Below are positions 51,479-63,861 of a stretch of DNA of 64,000 bases, piece after piece (the stretch's first letter is position 1; each line of letters opens with the position of its first letter). The position numbers were made by a program, and so were the translations under genes. This stretch comes from an uncultured Gemmatimonadaceae bacterium (GTDB lineage Bacteria > Gemmatimonadota > Gemmatimonadetes > Gemmatimonadales > Gemmatimonadaceae), in contig CAVXGK010000002.1 in NCBI GenBank assembly GCA_963761305.1, positions 2,208,001 to 2,272,000 of the forward strand, written 5' to 3'. The notes beneath the pieces are model-generated. The model was not told where the DNA came from. It saw only the letters and a program-made list of their open reading frames with translations, and made no database searches.

Positions 51479-52717
51479 TCACGCGCTCTGCCGGCGGCCC
51501 TCGCTCTCGGCGAACGTGATGATGTCCGGCGCGGGTCCGGCGGGAGCGAGCACGCCTCCGCCGGGCCCGGGCACGCGCAGCAGCATGGGACGTTCGCGCG
51601 TGGTGCGGCGGAAGCCCTGTCCCTCGTAGATGCGGCTGATCACGATGCGCCGCACGATCACCATGAGCGCGGCAAGCGTGGGAAGCGCCACGACGAGACC
51701 GAGTCCGCCGAGCAGCGATCCCATGATGAGCACCGCCATGATCGTCATCACGGGGGGCAGGTCGACCTTCTTCGACATGATGAGCGGCGAGACCAGATTG
51801 CCTTCGATCAGGTGCACGACGACGCCTAGACCAACCACGAGCATCGCGTGGCCGCCGGGGCTAAATCCGAAGTAGCCCTTGCCGTTGAGCACGAACAGCG
51901 CCGGCAGCGTCGTCGACAGCAGCGTGCCGAAGAACGGAACGATGGCGACGAGCCCTGTGAAGATGCCGAACAGAAATGCGAACGGCACGCCGAGCAGCCA
52001 CAGTCCCAGCCCGGTGATCATGCCGAGGAACGTCATGGTCAGGAGCTGTCCGACGATGTAGGCTCGCAGCGAATCCGCCAACTCGGCCAGCACGTCGCGC
52101 ACCAGGTCGCGGTGGATCGGCGGGAAGAGCGCGATGAGCCACTCGCGGTACAACGCCGGATGGACCGCGAGATAGATGCTCATCACGAGGATGGCGAAGA
52201 TGTTGATCGCCGCCTCGAGCACCTCGAACAGTTTCGTCGGAATGCCGGCGAACAAACCGCTGAGCTGATCGTACGCCGCGAGCAGCGCTTTATGCTCGGT
52301 GGGTTTGCCGACGAGGTCACCCACGCCCGGGAGCGTCGCCGCGACGCGGTCGATGCCGACCTCCCACGCATTCATGAAATCGGGCAGCGCGAGAATCAGT
52401 TGGCGCGTCTGCTCGACAATCGGCGGGACGAGGATCCACGCGAGCAGAACGAGCCCCCCGAGCGATCCGACGATCGCCACGCCGAGCGCCGTGCGTTTCG
52501 AGAGCCGCGTGCGATGGTCGAGCCAGTCCGCGACCGCGCCCAGGTACAGCGACACGAGGACGCTGAGCATGAGCAGCACGAACACGTGGGCGACGGTCTT
52601 GAACAGCCACAACAACAGGAACGTGATGACCGTCGCCGCGAGGATCGGCGCGAACTTGAACTTCCCCGGCCCGATCGTGATCGAGCCGGTCGTGCGTGGC
52701 GATTCGGCGGGGGCCAT
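51479..52717 (-). CDS. AI-2E family transporter
   Basis: Multi-TM; YIVGQ, IVPFFG, IEGNLVSP, LVVALP. Confidence 0.9.
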   Translation of the reverse strand: MAPAESPRTTGSITIGPGKFKFAPILAATVITFLLLWLFKTVAHVFVLLMLSVLVSLYLGAVADWLDHRTRLSKRTALGVAIVGSLGGLVLLAWILVPPIVEQTRQLILALPDFMNAWEVGIDRVAATLPGVGDLVGKPTEHKALLAAYDQLSGLFAGIPTKLFEVLEAAINIFAILVMSIYLAVHPALYREWLIALFPPIHRDLVRDVLAELADSLRAYIVGQLLTMTFLGMITGLGLWLLGVPFAFLFGIFTGLVAIVPFFGTLLSTTLPALFVLNGKGYFGFSPGGHAMLVVGLGVVVHLIEGNLVSPLIMSKKVDLPPVMTIMAVLIMGSLLGGLGLVVALPTLAALMVIVRRIVISRIYEGQGFRRTTRERPMLLRVPGPGGGVLAPAGPAPDIITFAESEGRRQSA

Positions 52718-53502
52718 CAAGGCCGCTGTTTCTCGCTCGTGATGTCTTCGATCTCGGCGTGGACCGTTTCTTCGTCGTTGTTGCCGGCGCCGAGCTTCTT
52801 GGCCTCGGTCGAGCCCGCGGGCAGCATGCCCATCTTCTGTTTCAGCGCGAGCAGCTGCACGTCGACGCTATTCGTCGTCGCGGATCGCTCGAGCTGCTTG
52901 AAGTCCTGCGCCAGACGATCGCCCGTGAATTCCTCTTCGATCTCGACCGACGCCTTGAGCTGGCGCTCGTTGGTCTCGATGCGCTCTTCCATGCGAGCGA
53001 ACGCCTCGAACGCCGATTTCTCGGAGAGCGACGACATCGTATCGTGGATGCGCTTCTGCGCCTGCGCGCGCCGCTGGCGGGCGATGAGCAGGTTCTTCTT
53101 GCGCTTGGCTTCCTCGATCTTGTCGTTCAGGTCGCGTAACGCGTTCTTGAGCTTCTCGGTCTCGAGCCGGTGCTGCTCCCACGTCTGCGCGAGCTGCTGG
53201 CCGTGCGAGTTGTGCTCGGACTGGCGCATTAGCGCCTGCTTGGCGAGATCGTCGCGGTTCTCGGTGATCGCGAGCCGCGCTTTCGTTTCCCAGTCGGAGC
53301 CCTGCTTGAACTCGCCGTCGGCCTGGTCGCGAAGCCGTTTCTCGTCGGCGATCGCCGTGGCGACTTGCTGCTTCGCCTTGGCGAGCTGCGACCGCATGTC
53401 CGTGATGATCTGATTCAACATCTTCTCGGGATCTTCGGCCCGAGAGATCAAGTCGTTGATGTTCGACCGCAGCAGGGCCGAAAGACGATCGAAGAGACCC
53501 AT
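52717..53502 (-). CDS. pspA: PspA/IM30 family protein
   Basis: MGLFDRL...AEDPEKMLNQ...DDLAKQAL...FARMEERI; start at ATG 53502. Confidence 0.93.
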   Translation of the reverse strand: MGLFDRLSALLRSNINDLISRAEDPEKMLNQIITDMRSQLAKAKQQVATAIADEKRLRDQADGEFKQGSDWETKARLAITENRDDLAKQALMRQSEHNSHGQQLAQTWEQHRLETEKLKNALRDLNDKIEEAKRKKNLLIARQRRAQAQKRIHDTMSSLSEKSAFEAFARMEERIETNERQLKASVEIEEEFTGDRLAQDFKQLERSATTNSVDVQLLALKQKMGMLPAGSTEAKKLGAGNNDEETVHAEIEDITSEKQRP

Positions 53503-53504
53503 GG

Positions 53505-53909
53505 TCAGTGTGCCTCGCGATACGTGCCGATCTCGCGCAGATGCGACGCGAGCGACACGGTGATGCTCTCGTACGCGGCGAGGAACTCGTCGTAGTCGAG
53601 ATGCGCCAACTCCAATGCTTCCGTCATGACGATCGAATCGTTCTCGATGCCGTACGATCCGTGCAACAGATCGGACGCGTTCAGCTCGAGCAGGCGGCGG
53701 CTGAGGGTGGCGAGCGACTCGGGCTTCGTGGGCAGCGTCATGACCTTCACGCGCAGCAGCACGACGGGCGGCGAGAAATGCACCACCACGTTGAAATCCA
53801 GCTCGCCGCTCGGCCGCACGACCCATAGGCCAGGCTCGATCTCGGAGTGGCTCGCGCCTTCAGCCCCCAGTCGATCGAGGAAGCCTTCGATCTCGTCTTT
53901 CGTGACCAT
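53505..53909 (-). CDS. CesT/YbjN-like chaperone-fold protein
   Basis: 134 aa, acidic; RRLLELNASDLLHGSYG; C-terminal amphipathic helix; start at ATG 53909. Confidence 0.7.
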   Translation of the reverse strand: MVTKDEIEGFLDRLGAEGASHSEIEPGLWVVRPSGELDFNVVVHFSPPVVLLRVKVMTLPTKPESLATLSRRLLELNASDLLHGSYGIENDSIVMTEALELAHLDYDEFLAAYESITVSLASHLREIGTYREAH

Positions 53910-53944
53910 CGTGAGTCCTGTTGTCGATGAATACTGAAAGGACC

Positions 53945-53971
53945 TACGAACGGGAATCGATGCGCGTTTCA
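53945..53971 (-). promoter_or_regulatory. Candidate ECF-sigma promoter for the chaperone-pspA operon
   Basis: TGAAAC-N17-CGTA. Confidence 0.5.
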
Positions 53972-54054
53972 CGCCGCCAAATCGGTCAACCGATCGACCG
54001 GTAGGCCGAAAGCTACGAAGCGGGGCGGCGGGCGGCGAGGGTACGTAACGCGCT

Positions 54055-54933
54055 TCAGCCACGTTTGATTTGCACGAGCCGCTCCCTCGCCAAACGGCGC
54101 CCCGTCGGCGTCGCGGCGAGGCCGCCGCCGGCTGTCTCACGATATCGCACGTCCATCTCGCGGCCGATGTCGCCCATCGTGTCGATCACCTCGTCGGCCG
54201 GAATCGCGAATGTGATTCCGGCCAGCGCCATCTCGACCGCCGCCAGCGCGATCGCCGCACCGGTCGCGTTTCTGAAGACGCACGGCAGCTCGACCAGGCC
54301 GCCGAGCGGATCGCAGACGAGTCCAAGAGTTCCCTGCTGCGCGAGTGCGACCGCGTTCGCGACCTGCGTCGGCGAACCGCCGAGCATTTCTGTCGCCGCA
54401 CCTGCGGCCATTCCGGCGGCGGCGCCGGTCTCCGCCTGACAGCCGCCCTCCGCGCCGGACAGCGACGCGCGCTCGGCGACTACGGCGCCGATGAGTCCCG
54501 CCGTCGCCAGTGCATCGACGACGGCATCATCCGAGAGACCGCGCGCCGCGGCGAGTCCGGTGAGAACCGCGGGCAGCACGCCCGCGCCGCCCGCCGTCGG
54601 CGCCGCGACGATCACGCCCATCGCGGCGTTCACTTCCTGCACGGCGAGAGCGCGCGCAAGCACGTCGCGGAACGGCGTTCCCGCCAGCGGCCCCGGCGGA
54701 CCGTTGACGAGCTTCGCCGCGTCGCCGCCGACGAGCCCCGACGGCGAGCGAAGATCGCCGGCGAACCCCTGTTCGATCGCGCCGCGCATCACCAACAGCG
54801 CGCGGCCCAGCACGTCGCGAATTTCGCCGATGGCGCGCCCCTGGTCCGAGGCTTCGGTCTCGAGTGCGAGCTGCGAGAGACGGATGCCGCGTGCCTCCGC
54901 GTCGCGCACCGCGGCGGCGAGTGATTTGTACAT
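54055..54933 (-). CDS. sdaAA: L-serine dehydratase, Fe-S dependent, alpha subunit
   Basis: EVNAAMG, APTAGGAG, GAEGGCQAE, GLVCDP, PCVFRN, YRETAGGGLA. Confidence 0.95.
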   Translation of the reverse strand: MYKSLAAAVRDAEARGIRLSQLALETEASDQGRAIGEIRDVLGRALLVMRGAIEQGFAGDLRSPSGLVGGDAAKLVNGPPGPLAGTPFRDVLARALAVQEVNAAMGVIVAAPTAGGAGVLPAVLTGLAAARGLSDDAVVDALATAGLIGAVVAERASLSGAEGGCQAETGAAAGMAAGAATEMLGGSPTQVANAVALAQQGTLGLVCDPLGGLVELPCVFRNATGAAIALAAVEMALAGITFAIPADEVIDTMGDIGREMDVRYRETAGGGLAATPTGRRLARERLVQIKRG

Positions 54934-54993
54934 GCGCTAAATCTACGCGGCGAGGTCCTGGAACTGCTCTACCGCAGCGGCGTTTGCGTCGCG

Positions 54994-55662
54994 CTACGCC
55001 GAGACCTTGTCGAGGCGGTACGCCCAGCGGACCCACGGAAGCGCGCGAATGTGATCGCGCACGTTTTCGGCCGGGTATTCGTCCAACTCGATCACCATGA
55101 AGGCGTCACCGCCTTTGCGCTGACGCGTGAGGCGCAGCGTCGCGATGTTGAGCCCATCGTCGGCGAGGAGCGTGGCGATCTTGGCGATCGAACCTTTCAC
55201 GTCTTCGGCGACGAGCACGATCGTGTGATAGTTGCCCGAGACTTCGACCGGATAGCCGTCGACCTCGCTGACGAGCACGCGGCCGGCGCCGAGCGAGGCG
55301 GCGATCATCACCGCTTTTCGGTCGACGCGCTCCAACGAGATCCGGACCGAGTTCGGATGCGCCTCTTCGTCGAGCGTCGTCTTGTCGAACGTGTAGCGCA
55401 GCCCTTCACGCTCGGCGATCTCGAGCGCCGTTCGGATGCGCTCGTCATCAGGGCGAAATCCCATCAGACCGGCGACGATCGCCTTGTCGGTGCCGTGCCC
55501 TTCGCCGGTGCGCGCGAACGAGCCGTGCAGCTCGATCGTCGCGCGGTCCGGCGTGCCGCCGACGAGTCCGCGCGCGAGCAGTCCGATCCGGCACGCGCCC
55601 GCGGTGTGCGATGACGAGGGGCCGACCATGATCGGGCCGATGATGTCGAGCAGAGAGACCAT
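54994..55662 (-). CDS. sdaAB: L-serine dehydratase beta subunit with ACT domain
   Basis: GPSSSHTAGA, GSFARTGEGHGTD, HPNS. Confidence 0.95.
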   Translation of the reverse strand: MVSLLDIIGPIMVGPSSSHTAGACRIGLLARGLVGGTPDRATIELHGSFARTGEGHGTDKAIVAGLMGFRPDDERIRTALEIAEREGLRYTFDKTTLDEEAHPNSVRISLERVDRKAVMIAASLGAGRVLVSEVDGYPVEVSGNYHTIVLVAEDVKGSIAKIATLLADDGLNIATLRLTRQRKGGDAFMVIELDEYPAENVRDHIRALPWVRWAYRLDKVSA

Positions 55663-55769
55663 ATATGGAACCTACCACGGCAACATCCACGACTCGGGAC
55701 TCGACGGTCGCGTCTTGACGTCGAGGGCGTATGGACGATACATTGCCTCTGTACATACATGGAGGTGCT

Positions 55770-56021
55770 ATGGCGAAGAAGAATCCGGCGGGACGAAAAC
55801 CAGCGCGCCGCGTAAGCGAGACCAAGACGCCGATGAGCTATCGCCTCTCCCCCGGCAAGATCGCGCGCGCCCAGGCAATCCTTGGCACGCCCACCGCAAC
55901 CGCGACCATCGAAGAGGCGCTCGACTTGGTCATCTTCCGTAGCGAGCTGATGGAAGGCACAAAGCGGGCGTTCGGCTTGCCGATCCGCGACGTATTCCCG
56001 GACGACGCAGCCAGCACGTGA
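55770..56021 (+). CDS. Putative antitoxin (VapB-like)
   Basis: GGAGG RBS; 83 aa; RAQAILGTPTATATIEEAL; stop overlaps the PIN gene start. Confidence 0.7.
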   Translation: MAKKNPAGRKPARRVSETKTPMSYRLSPGKIARAQAILGTPTATATIEEALDLVIFRSELMEGTKRAFGLPIRDVFPDDAAST

Positions 56022-56479
56022 TCGCGCTGGCTCGCGAACGGCGGTTCGCCGTCGACACCAACCTGTACGTCGACGCGCTGACGACGGAGGAAGGAAAAAC
56101 CGCCCTCAACGCGTTTCACGCCGCGTACGCCCCGTTCGAGCATATGAGCGCGGTCGTCGCGCAAGAGTTGCGCGCCGGTATGCGCGGAGCCGCGGGAGCG
56201 AAGTTGGAGAATGCGATCCTCGCGCCCTTCGAGCGCCGCGGGCGACTCGTGACGCCGACCTATGACGCGTGGAAAGAGACCGGGCGCGTGCTCGCCGAGT
56301 TGGTCCCAGCCAACGGATGGGACTCGGTGTCGCGCAGCTTCGTGAATGACGTGCTCTTGGCGATGTCGTGCCGCGAATCGGGCATCGTACTGGTGACGAA
56401 GAATGTCGCCGACTTCACCCGGATCGCGGCGGTTCGGTCCTTCGACTTCGTTCCACCGTGGCCGATGCCGGCGGCCTGA
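56018..56479 (+). CDS. PIN-domain toxin (VapC family)
   Basis: VDTN, VVAQELRAG, NDVLLA, VTKNVADF. Confidence 0.88.
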   Translation: MIALARERRFAVDTNLYVDALTTEEGKTALNAFHAAYAPFEHMSAVVAQELRAGMRGAAGAKLENAILAPFERRGRLVTPTYDAWKETGRVLAELVPANGWDSVSRSFVNDVLLAMSCRESGIVLVTKNVADFTRIAAVRSFDFVPPWPMPAA

Positions 56480-56485
56480 TTCGCG

Positions 56486-59332
56486 TCAGCTCACTTTCTT
56501 GCGCTGTTTCGTTTGCACGAGTGAGCGCATGTAGTGGCCGGTGTACGACGCCTCCACCTGCGCGACATCTTCCGGCGATCCCGCCGCGACGATCGTCCCG
56601 CCGCGATTTCCGCCGTCGGGCCCGAGATCGATGATCCAATCCGCCGTCTTGATCACGTCGAGATTGTGCTCGATCACGAGCACCGTATTCCCCCGATCGA
56701 CGAGACGATGCAGCACGTCGAGCAGCACGCGCACGTCCTCGAAATGGAGCCCCGTCGTCGGCTCGTCGAGGATGTAGAACGTCCGGCCGGTGTCTCGCTT
56801 CGACAGCTCGGTGGCGAGCTTCACGCGCTGCGCTTCACCGCCTGAGAGCGTGGTCGCGCTCTGGCCGAGGTGGATGTAGCCGAGTCCGACGTCGACCAGC
56901 GTTTGCAACTTCTGCGAGATGCGCGGCTGGTTCTGGAAGAAATCGAGTGCGTCGTCGACGGTCATCTCGAGCACATCGGAGATCGTCTGCCCGCGGAAGC
57001 GCACCTCGAGCGTCTCGCGATTGTAGCGGCGCCCCTTGCAGACGTCGCACGGCACGTAGACGTCGGGCAGAAAGTGCATCTCGATCTTCACGAGGCCGTC
57101 GCCCTGGCACGCCTCGCACCGCCCACCCTTCACGTTGAACGAGAATCGCCCCGGTCCGTAGCCGCGGATCTTTGCTTCCGGCAACTCGGCGAACAACTCG
57201 CGCACCGGCGTGAAGACGCCCGTGTACGTCGCCGGGTTCGAGCGCGGCGTGCGGCCGATCGGACTCTGGTCGATGTCGATCACCTTGTCGATGTGCTCGA
57301 AGCCGGTGATGCGGCGATGCTCGCCGGGAATCACCCGCGCGCGATAGAAATGCCGCGCCAGCGCGCGATGCAGAATGTCTTCGATCAGCGTCGACTTGCC
57401 TGAACCGGAGACGCCGGTGACGGCGACGAACAACCCGAGCGGAATCTCGACGTCGAGGTTGCGGAGGTTGTGCTCGCGCGCGCCCTCGATGCGAATGACT
57501 CGGCGCGCGTCGAACATGCGGCGAGTCGCCGGCGTTGGAATCGACATCTCGCCGGAGAGGTAGCGGCCCGTGATCGACGCAGGATTGCGCGCGATCTCGT
57601 CGATCGTTCCGGCGGCGATGACTTCACCGCCGTGTTTGCCGGCGCCCGGGCCGAGATCGATCACGTGGTCGGCGGCGCGGATCGTTTCTTCGTCGTGCTC
57701 GACGACGATCACCGTGTTGCCCAAGTCGCGCAGCTGTTCGAGCGTCGCGAGCAGCCGCGCGTTGTCGCGCTGATGCAGCCCGATCGACGGCTCGTCCAGG
57801 ATGTACAGCACGCCGACCAGCCGAGAGCCGATCTGCGTCGCGAGTCGAATTCGCTGCGCTTCGCCGCCGGACAGCGACTCCGCCGCGCGGCCGAGCGTGA
57901 GATAGTCGAGCCCGACGTCGACGAGGAACTTGAGACGCTCGCGAACTTCCTTGAGAATCGGGCCGGCGACTTCCGGGTCGAGCCCTGGAACGCCGTCGCG
58001 CCGCACCGGCACCTTCTCGAAGAAGGTGAGCGTGTCGGTGATCGGCAGCTCGACGACCTCGCCGATGTTCTTCGAGTCGATCGTGACCGAGAGCGCCTCC
58101 GGCTTGAGCCGGCGTCCGCCGCACTCGGGGCACGGCACCTCGATCATGTACTCCTGCAACTCCAGGCGAACGGAGTCGGAATCGGATTCGTCGTAGCGAC
58201 GCTCGATGTTGCGGAGGACGCCTTCCCATTCGATCGACGACGGCGCGCCCTTGGTGACCGTCTTGGCGTCGCGCTTGTCGCCGTAGAGGATCGCGTCGCG
58301 CACCGATTTCGGCAGATCGCCCCACGGCGTGTTGAGATCGAACTTGAGCTGACGCGCGAGCGCCGGCAGCACGATCTTGCGCAAATACCCGCTTGGCTCG
58401 CCCCACGGGAGGATCACGCCCTCGAGAATCGAGATGCGCGGCCCGCCGAGGATGAGCGCTTCGCTCACGCGTCTCCGCGTTCCCAATCCGCCGCACGCGG
58501 TGCACGCGCCGAACGGCGAGTTGAACGAGAAATACCGCGGCTCGAGCTCGGGCAGCGAGATGCCGCACGTCGGACAGCCGTAGCGTTCGGAGAACAGCTC
58601 GACGGTCTTCGCGTCGACGTTGCCGACTTCGACGACCCCCTGCGCCAACTTGAGCGCGGTCTCGAGCGAATCGGCGAGACGGCTCCGGTCCTCGGGCTTC
58701 ACGGTGAGCCGGTCGACGACGACCGAGATCGAGTGGTTCTGCCGCCGATTGAGCTTGGGCGGCGACGCGACTTCGATCAGCTCGCCGTCGACGTACGCGC
58801 GGATGAATCCCTGGCGGCGCACGTTCTCGAACAGCTCGCGAAATTCGCCTTTGCGTTGCTGCACGAGCGGCGCCCGGATCTCGAGCCGCGAACCCGGCGG
58901 CCACGCGAGCACGATGTCGGCGATCTGCACGGCGCTTTGCCGTTGCACCGGCCGGCCGCAGTTGGGACAGTGCGGCGTACCCGCGCGCGCCCACAACAGG
59001 CGCAGATAGTCGTAGATCTCGGTGACCGTTCCGACGGTCGAGCGCGGGTTGTGCCCCGCCGTCTTCTGCTCGATCGAGATCGCGGGCGACAGCCCTTCGA
59101 TCGAATCGACGTCGGGCTTCTCCATCAGCCCGAGGAACTGTCTCGCGTACGCCGACAGCGACTCGACGTACCGCCGTTGCCCCTCGGCGTAGATCGTGTC
59201 GAACGCAAGCGAGGATTTCCCCGAGCCCGACAAGCCGGTCACGACCGTCAGGCGGTCGCGCGGGATCGTCACGTCGATGTTGCGCAGGTTGTGCTCCCGC
59301 GCGCCGCGCACGATCAGCGAATCCTCTGCCAT
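56486..59332 (-). CDS. uvrA: Excinuclease ABC subunit A
   Basis: Two GxSGSGKS motifs, two LSGGEAQR motifs, Zn fingers. Confidence 0.99.
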   Translation of the reverse strand: MAEDSLIVRGAREHNLRNIDVTIPRDRLTVVTGLSGSGKSSLAFDTIYAEGQRRYVESLSAYARQFLGLMEKPDVDSIEGLSPAISIEQKTAGHNPRSTVGTVTEIYDYLRLLWARAGTPHCPNCGRPVQRQSAVQIADIVLAWPPGSRLEIRAPLVQQRKGEFRELFENVRRQGFIRAYVDGELIEVASPPKLNRRQNHSISVVVDRLTVKPEDRSRLADSLETALKLAQGVVEVGNVDAKTVELFSERYGCPTCGISLPELEPRYFSFNSPFGACTACGGLGTRRRVSEALILGGPRISILEGVILPWGEPSGYLRKIVLPALARQLKFDLNTPWGDLPKSVRDAILYGDKRDAKTVTKGAPSSIEWEGVLRNIERRYDESDSDSVRLELQEYMIEVPCPECGGRRLKPEALSVTIDSKNIGEVVELPITDTLTFFEKVPVRRDGVPGLDPEVAGPILKEVRERLKFLVDVGLDYLTLGRAAESLSGGEAQRIRLATQIGSRLVGVLYILDEPSIGLHQRDNARLLATLEQLRDLGNTVIVVEHDEETIRAADHVIDLGPGAGKHGGEVIAAGTIDEIARNPASITGRYLSGEMSIPTPATRRMFDARRVIRIEGAREHNLRNLDVEIPLGLFVAVTGVSGSGKSTLIEDILHRALARHFYRARVIPGEHRRITGFEHIDKVIDIDQSPIGRTPRSNPATYTGVFTPVRELFAELPEAKIRGYGPGRFSFNVKGGRCEACQGDGLVKIEMHFLPDVYVPCDVCKGRRYNRETLEVRFRGQTISDVLEMTVDDALDFFQNQPRISQKLQTLVDVGLGYIHLGQSATTLSGGEAQRVKLATELSKRDTGRTFYILDEPTTGLHFEDVRVLLDVLHRLVDRGNTVLVIEHNLDVIKTADWIIDLGPDGGNRGGTIVAAGSPEDVAQVEASYTGHYMRSLVQTKQRKKVS

Positions 59333-59444
59333 AGCCCGCGAAAGCTGCGGTCGGAACAGCCCGGATACAAGCCGCCTGGTGTGGTCTAATTCGGGGCCGG
59401 TGGGTGGCCTGATTCGGAGCTCGGAGGGGGAAGAGTCTAAGCGA

Positions 59445-59477
59445 CAGCAGCAGCATCAGCATCAGCATCAGCATCAG
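59445..59477. repeat. Short tandem repeat CAGCAG(CAGCAT)x4 CAG in the uvrA-cutA divergent intergenic region
   Basis: Directly visible. Confidence 0.8.
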
Positions 59478-59531
59478 GCCTCGCAACTGCCCTTTGCCGT
59501 TACGTTTTCGCCCTTTTTGCCGTCTCAAACC

Positions 59532-59864
59532 GTGCACACAGACGCGATTGTCGTTCTGACCACGATGGCCTCCGACGAGGAGGCCGTTCGTTTCGTTCGG
59601 ACCCTCCTCGAGCGCCGCCTGATCGCCTGCGGCACGATGTTCCCCGGTTCGCGGTCGCTCTACCGCTGGCAGGGCAAGATCGCGGACGAGCACGAGGTCG
59701 TCGTCATGCTCAAAACCCGCTCGGCGCGATTCGAGTCGGTGCGCGAGGCCTTCATCGAGCTGCACCCGTACAAGGTCCCCGAGCTGCTCGCGATCCCCGT
59801 CGAGGCCGGGCTCGACAAATACCTCGAGTGGATCAACGGCGAGACCACGCTCGCCCTGACGTGA
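59532..59864 (+). CDS. cutA: Divalent-cation tolerance protein CutA
   Basis: [29 protein letters not shown] start at 59532. Confidence 0.93.
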   Translation: MHTDAIVVLTTMASDEEAVRFVRTLLERRLIACGTMFPGSRSLYRWQGKIADEHEVVVMLKTRSARFESVREAFIELHPYKVPELLAIPVEAGLDKYLEWINGETTLALT

Positions 59865-59892
59865 TGCAGTCCGCGCGCACCTGGAGCACGCG

Positions 59893-61409
59893 GTGAAACG
59901 CCGCGCGGTGGCCGGGATCGCGATCGTCTCCGCGTGGGGCGGCGGCATGGGCGTTCTCGTCCAGCACGAATATTTCCGCCCGCGACTGGAACGTCTCGCT
60001 GAGGCGGCGACGCGCGTCGCGCCGGCGACGATGTACTACGCCGCGATGCAGGGGGACCGGCAGGTGGGATTCGCGTCGTCCACCATCGACACCGCCAACA
60101 CGACCGTCACCGAGAACGACTACTTCGTCGTCGAGGTGCCGTCCGGCACGTCGATGCGCCGCGCGACGGCGCGCACGGGCGTGACGCTGTCGCGGGCGCT
60201 TCATCTCTCGCAGTTCAATCTTTCGCTCGACGCGGACAGCGCGCGAACCGAGATGACCGGCCGCGTGGTCGGCGACTCCGTGCTGCTCGTTCATTCGTCG
60301 GCGTCGCCCAAGTCGGACACGACGCGCGTTTCGCTCAGGGGACCGCTTCTGCTCCCGACACTGGTTCCGCTCGTCGTCGGCCTGTCGGAGAAGCCGACCG
60401 TCGGCAAGCGGTACGTGCTGCCGGTGTTCGATCCGACGACGAAATCGTCCACCAACGTCGGCTACACGATTCGCGCCGAGTCGCTGTTCGTGTTGAGCGA
60501 CAGCGCGGTACTCGACACGGCGGTCGCGCCGCCCGTCTGGCGCGCCACGCGCCCGGACACGGTGCGCGCGTGGGAAGTCGCGCCGGATTCCGGCGTGGCG
60601 ATCGGATTTTCCGGCTGGGTCGACGAACAGGGCCGCATCGTCGCGACGTCGCAGCTCGGCTTCACGCTGCGCCGGCAGCCGTACGAGCTGGCATTCAGAA
60701 ACTGGCAGAACGATCCGAGCGCGCACGCGTCGGACGCGACCTTCGTCGTGGGCTCGACGGCGCTGGCCGCCGGCAAGACGCCCAAGGCCCGTCTCGATTC
60801 GTTGGTTGTCCGCGTCGACAACGTCGACCCCAAGCTCAGGCTGCGGCTCGCCGGAACGGGGCAGCGCTCGTCGCGCGACACGGTCGTCGTCGCCACGACG
60901 CCGGACAGCCTGCTCGCCTCGACGACGCCGCTCGGTCCACCGACGAAATCGGCAATCGCGATCCTCGCCTCGACGATCGCGGGCGGGAGTCTCGAGCGGC
61001 CGGTCGTCGCCAGACGCTTGATCGCCTGGGTGCACGACTCGATTCATGCCCGCGTGACTCTCGGTTCGCCGACGGCGATGCAAGCGCTCGCCACGCGGGC
61101 CGGGGATTGTAACGAACTCGTCGAGGTTTTCGTCGCTCTAGCGCACGCGCGTGGCGTCGCGGCTCGACCGGTGACGGGGCTGTTGTACATCGACGGCAAG
61201 TTCTACTACCACGCGTGGGCCGAGGTGTTGTTGAAGGACTGGGTGCCGGTGGATCCGATGTTCGGCCAGATCCCCGCCGACGCCGCGCACGTGCGGCTGA
61301 TGCAGGGCCTCACGCTCCGAACCGATCTCGTTCGCCGCTGGACCGGCATGGACGTCAACGTCGTGTCGGCGAAACAAACTCCCCGCAAGCCGAGTGAGAC
61401 GAGCCACCG

Positions 61410-61413
<4 letters not shown>
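59893..61413 (+). CDS. Membrane-anchored transglutaminase-like domain protein
   Basis: N-terminal TM; C-terminal GDCNE, YHAWAEV, WVPVDP (Cys-His-Asp triad). Confidence 0.85.
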
Positions 61414-62151
<738 letters not shown>

Positions 62152-62168
<17 letters not shown>

Positions 62169-63861
62169 CGGCGGGGCAGCGGCGCCGCTGCCCGATCCGT
62201 CCACGCTGCACCTGCTGAGCCCCAAGTGGCTCACCGCGCGCGCGCATCGCGAGTCGGGGCGTCGCGCGCGCACTGTGTTTCTGCTCGTGTTCGGGCTCCT
62301 GTTCTGGGCGTTCATCTACATGATGCTCTACCGTTTGCTGAGCTATCTGCAGAAGACGCCGGAGATCGGATCGCTCATCGCCGGCAAGGTGCTCGGGCTC
62401 GTTCTGGCGGGATTCTTTTCGATCCTGCTGTTGTCGAACGTGATCACGGCGCTGTCGAGCTTCTTTCTCGCACGGGACCTTGATCTTCTTGCGTCGGCGC
62501 CGGTGGATTGGCTCACGCTGTACGTGGCCAAGATCACCGAGACGCTGGTGAACTCGAGCTGGATGGTGCTGCTGCTGGCGATCCCGATGTTCGCGGCGTA
62601 CGGCGTCGTCTACTCGGGCGGACCGCTCTTTCCGCTCATCGTGCTCGCGACGTTCATTCCGTTTCTCGTCGTGCCGACGGTGATCGGCAGCGCGGTGACG
62701 CTGCTTCTCGTCACGGTGTTCCCGGCGCGACGCGCGCGCGACATCCTGAGCGTGATCGCGGTGTTGGCGGCGGGCGGCCTCGTCGTGCTCTTCCGACTCC
62801 TCCGCCCCGAACGGCTCGCGCGCCCCGAAGGCTTCAAGTCGCTGGTCGAATTCGTCACGCTGCTGCGCGGACCGACGTCGCCGTTCCTGCCGAGTGAGTG
62901 GGTGCAGCGCGCCGTGATGTCGTGGCTCAGCGGACGGCCGCAGGTCCTTCCTTATTATCTCCTCTGGTCGACGGCCGCAGCCGCCGTGGTGATCGGCGCG
63001 CTGATCCACCGATGGCTCTATGCGATCGGCTTCAGCAAGGCACAGGAGAGCGCGCAGCGGTGGGCGCCCAGCGGACCGGTGAGCCGGCTCGGCCACAGGC
63101 TCCTCGCGCCGTTCGGCGTCGTACGGCGCGAGCTGGTGCTCAAGGAAGTGAAGCTGTTCTTCCGCGACACGACCCAGTGGTCGCAGTTGATTCTGCTCGC
63201 CGTGCTCGTGCTGGTCTACGTGTTCAACATCAAGTTCCTGCCGATCGGCGGCGAAGGCGTGTCGTTCTTTCTGGCGAACGTGGTGCCGTTCCTGAACCTG
63301 GTGTTGGCGGGGTTCGTGCTCGCGTCGGTCGCCGCGCGGTTCATCTTCCCCGGGGTGAGCCTCGAGGGGCGGACGTATTGGCTGCTGCGGTCCAGCCCCT
63401 TGTCGATGCGCGACCTGCTCTGGTCGAAGTTCTGGGTCGGCACGGTGCCGCTGCTGGCGCTCGCCCTGCTGATCGTCGGCGTGACCGACTATCTCATGCA
63501 GGTCTCGGTATTCATGTTCGTGGTATCGACGCTCACCATCGCGTTCATGACGCTGGCCATCGCCGGGCTGGCGCTCGGCATGGGGACCCTGTTTCCGCGC
63601 TTCGAGACCGAGAACGCGGCGCAGATTCCGACGTCGTTCGGCGGCTTGGTGTTCATGATGAGCGCCATCGCGCTCATCGGCGTCGTCGTGGTGCTCGAGG
63701 CGAAGCCGGTGTACACGTATCTCAGCTCGAGAGCCTTTGGAACGGCGGGTGATCTGGTGGAGATGATCGCCGGGTTCGGGCTCGCCGCGGCGGTGTGTGC
63801 GGCTGCGACTGTGATTCCCGTCACCGTCGCGTTGCGACGCCTCGAGCGCCTCGAGCGCTGA
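62152..63861 (+). CDS. Putative ABC exporter permease (multi-TM, duplicated ABC-2-like)
   Basis: About 12 hydrophobic segments; DLDLLASAPV; KEVKLFFRD; SLEGRTYWLLRSSP; overlaps the ATPase stop. Confidence 0.85.

Noticed and set aside
59196..59531. Poly-QH N-terminal extension of CutA
   Set aside because: The extended ORF overlaps the uvrA start and merely reads through an intergenic CAGCAT repeat; the CutA domain begins at GTG 59532.
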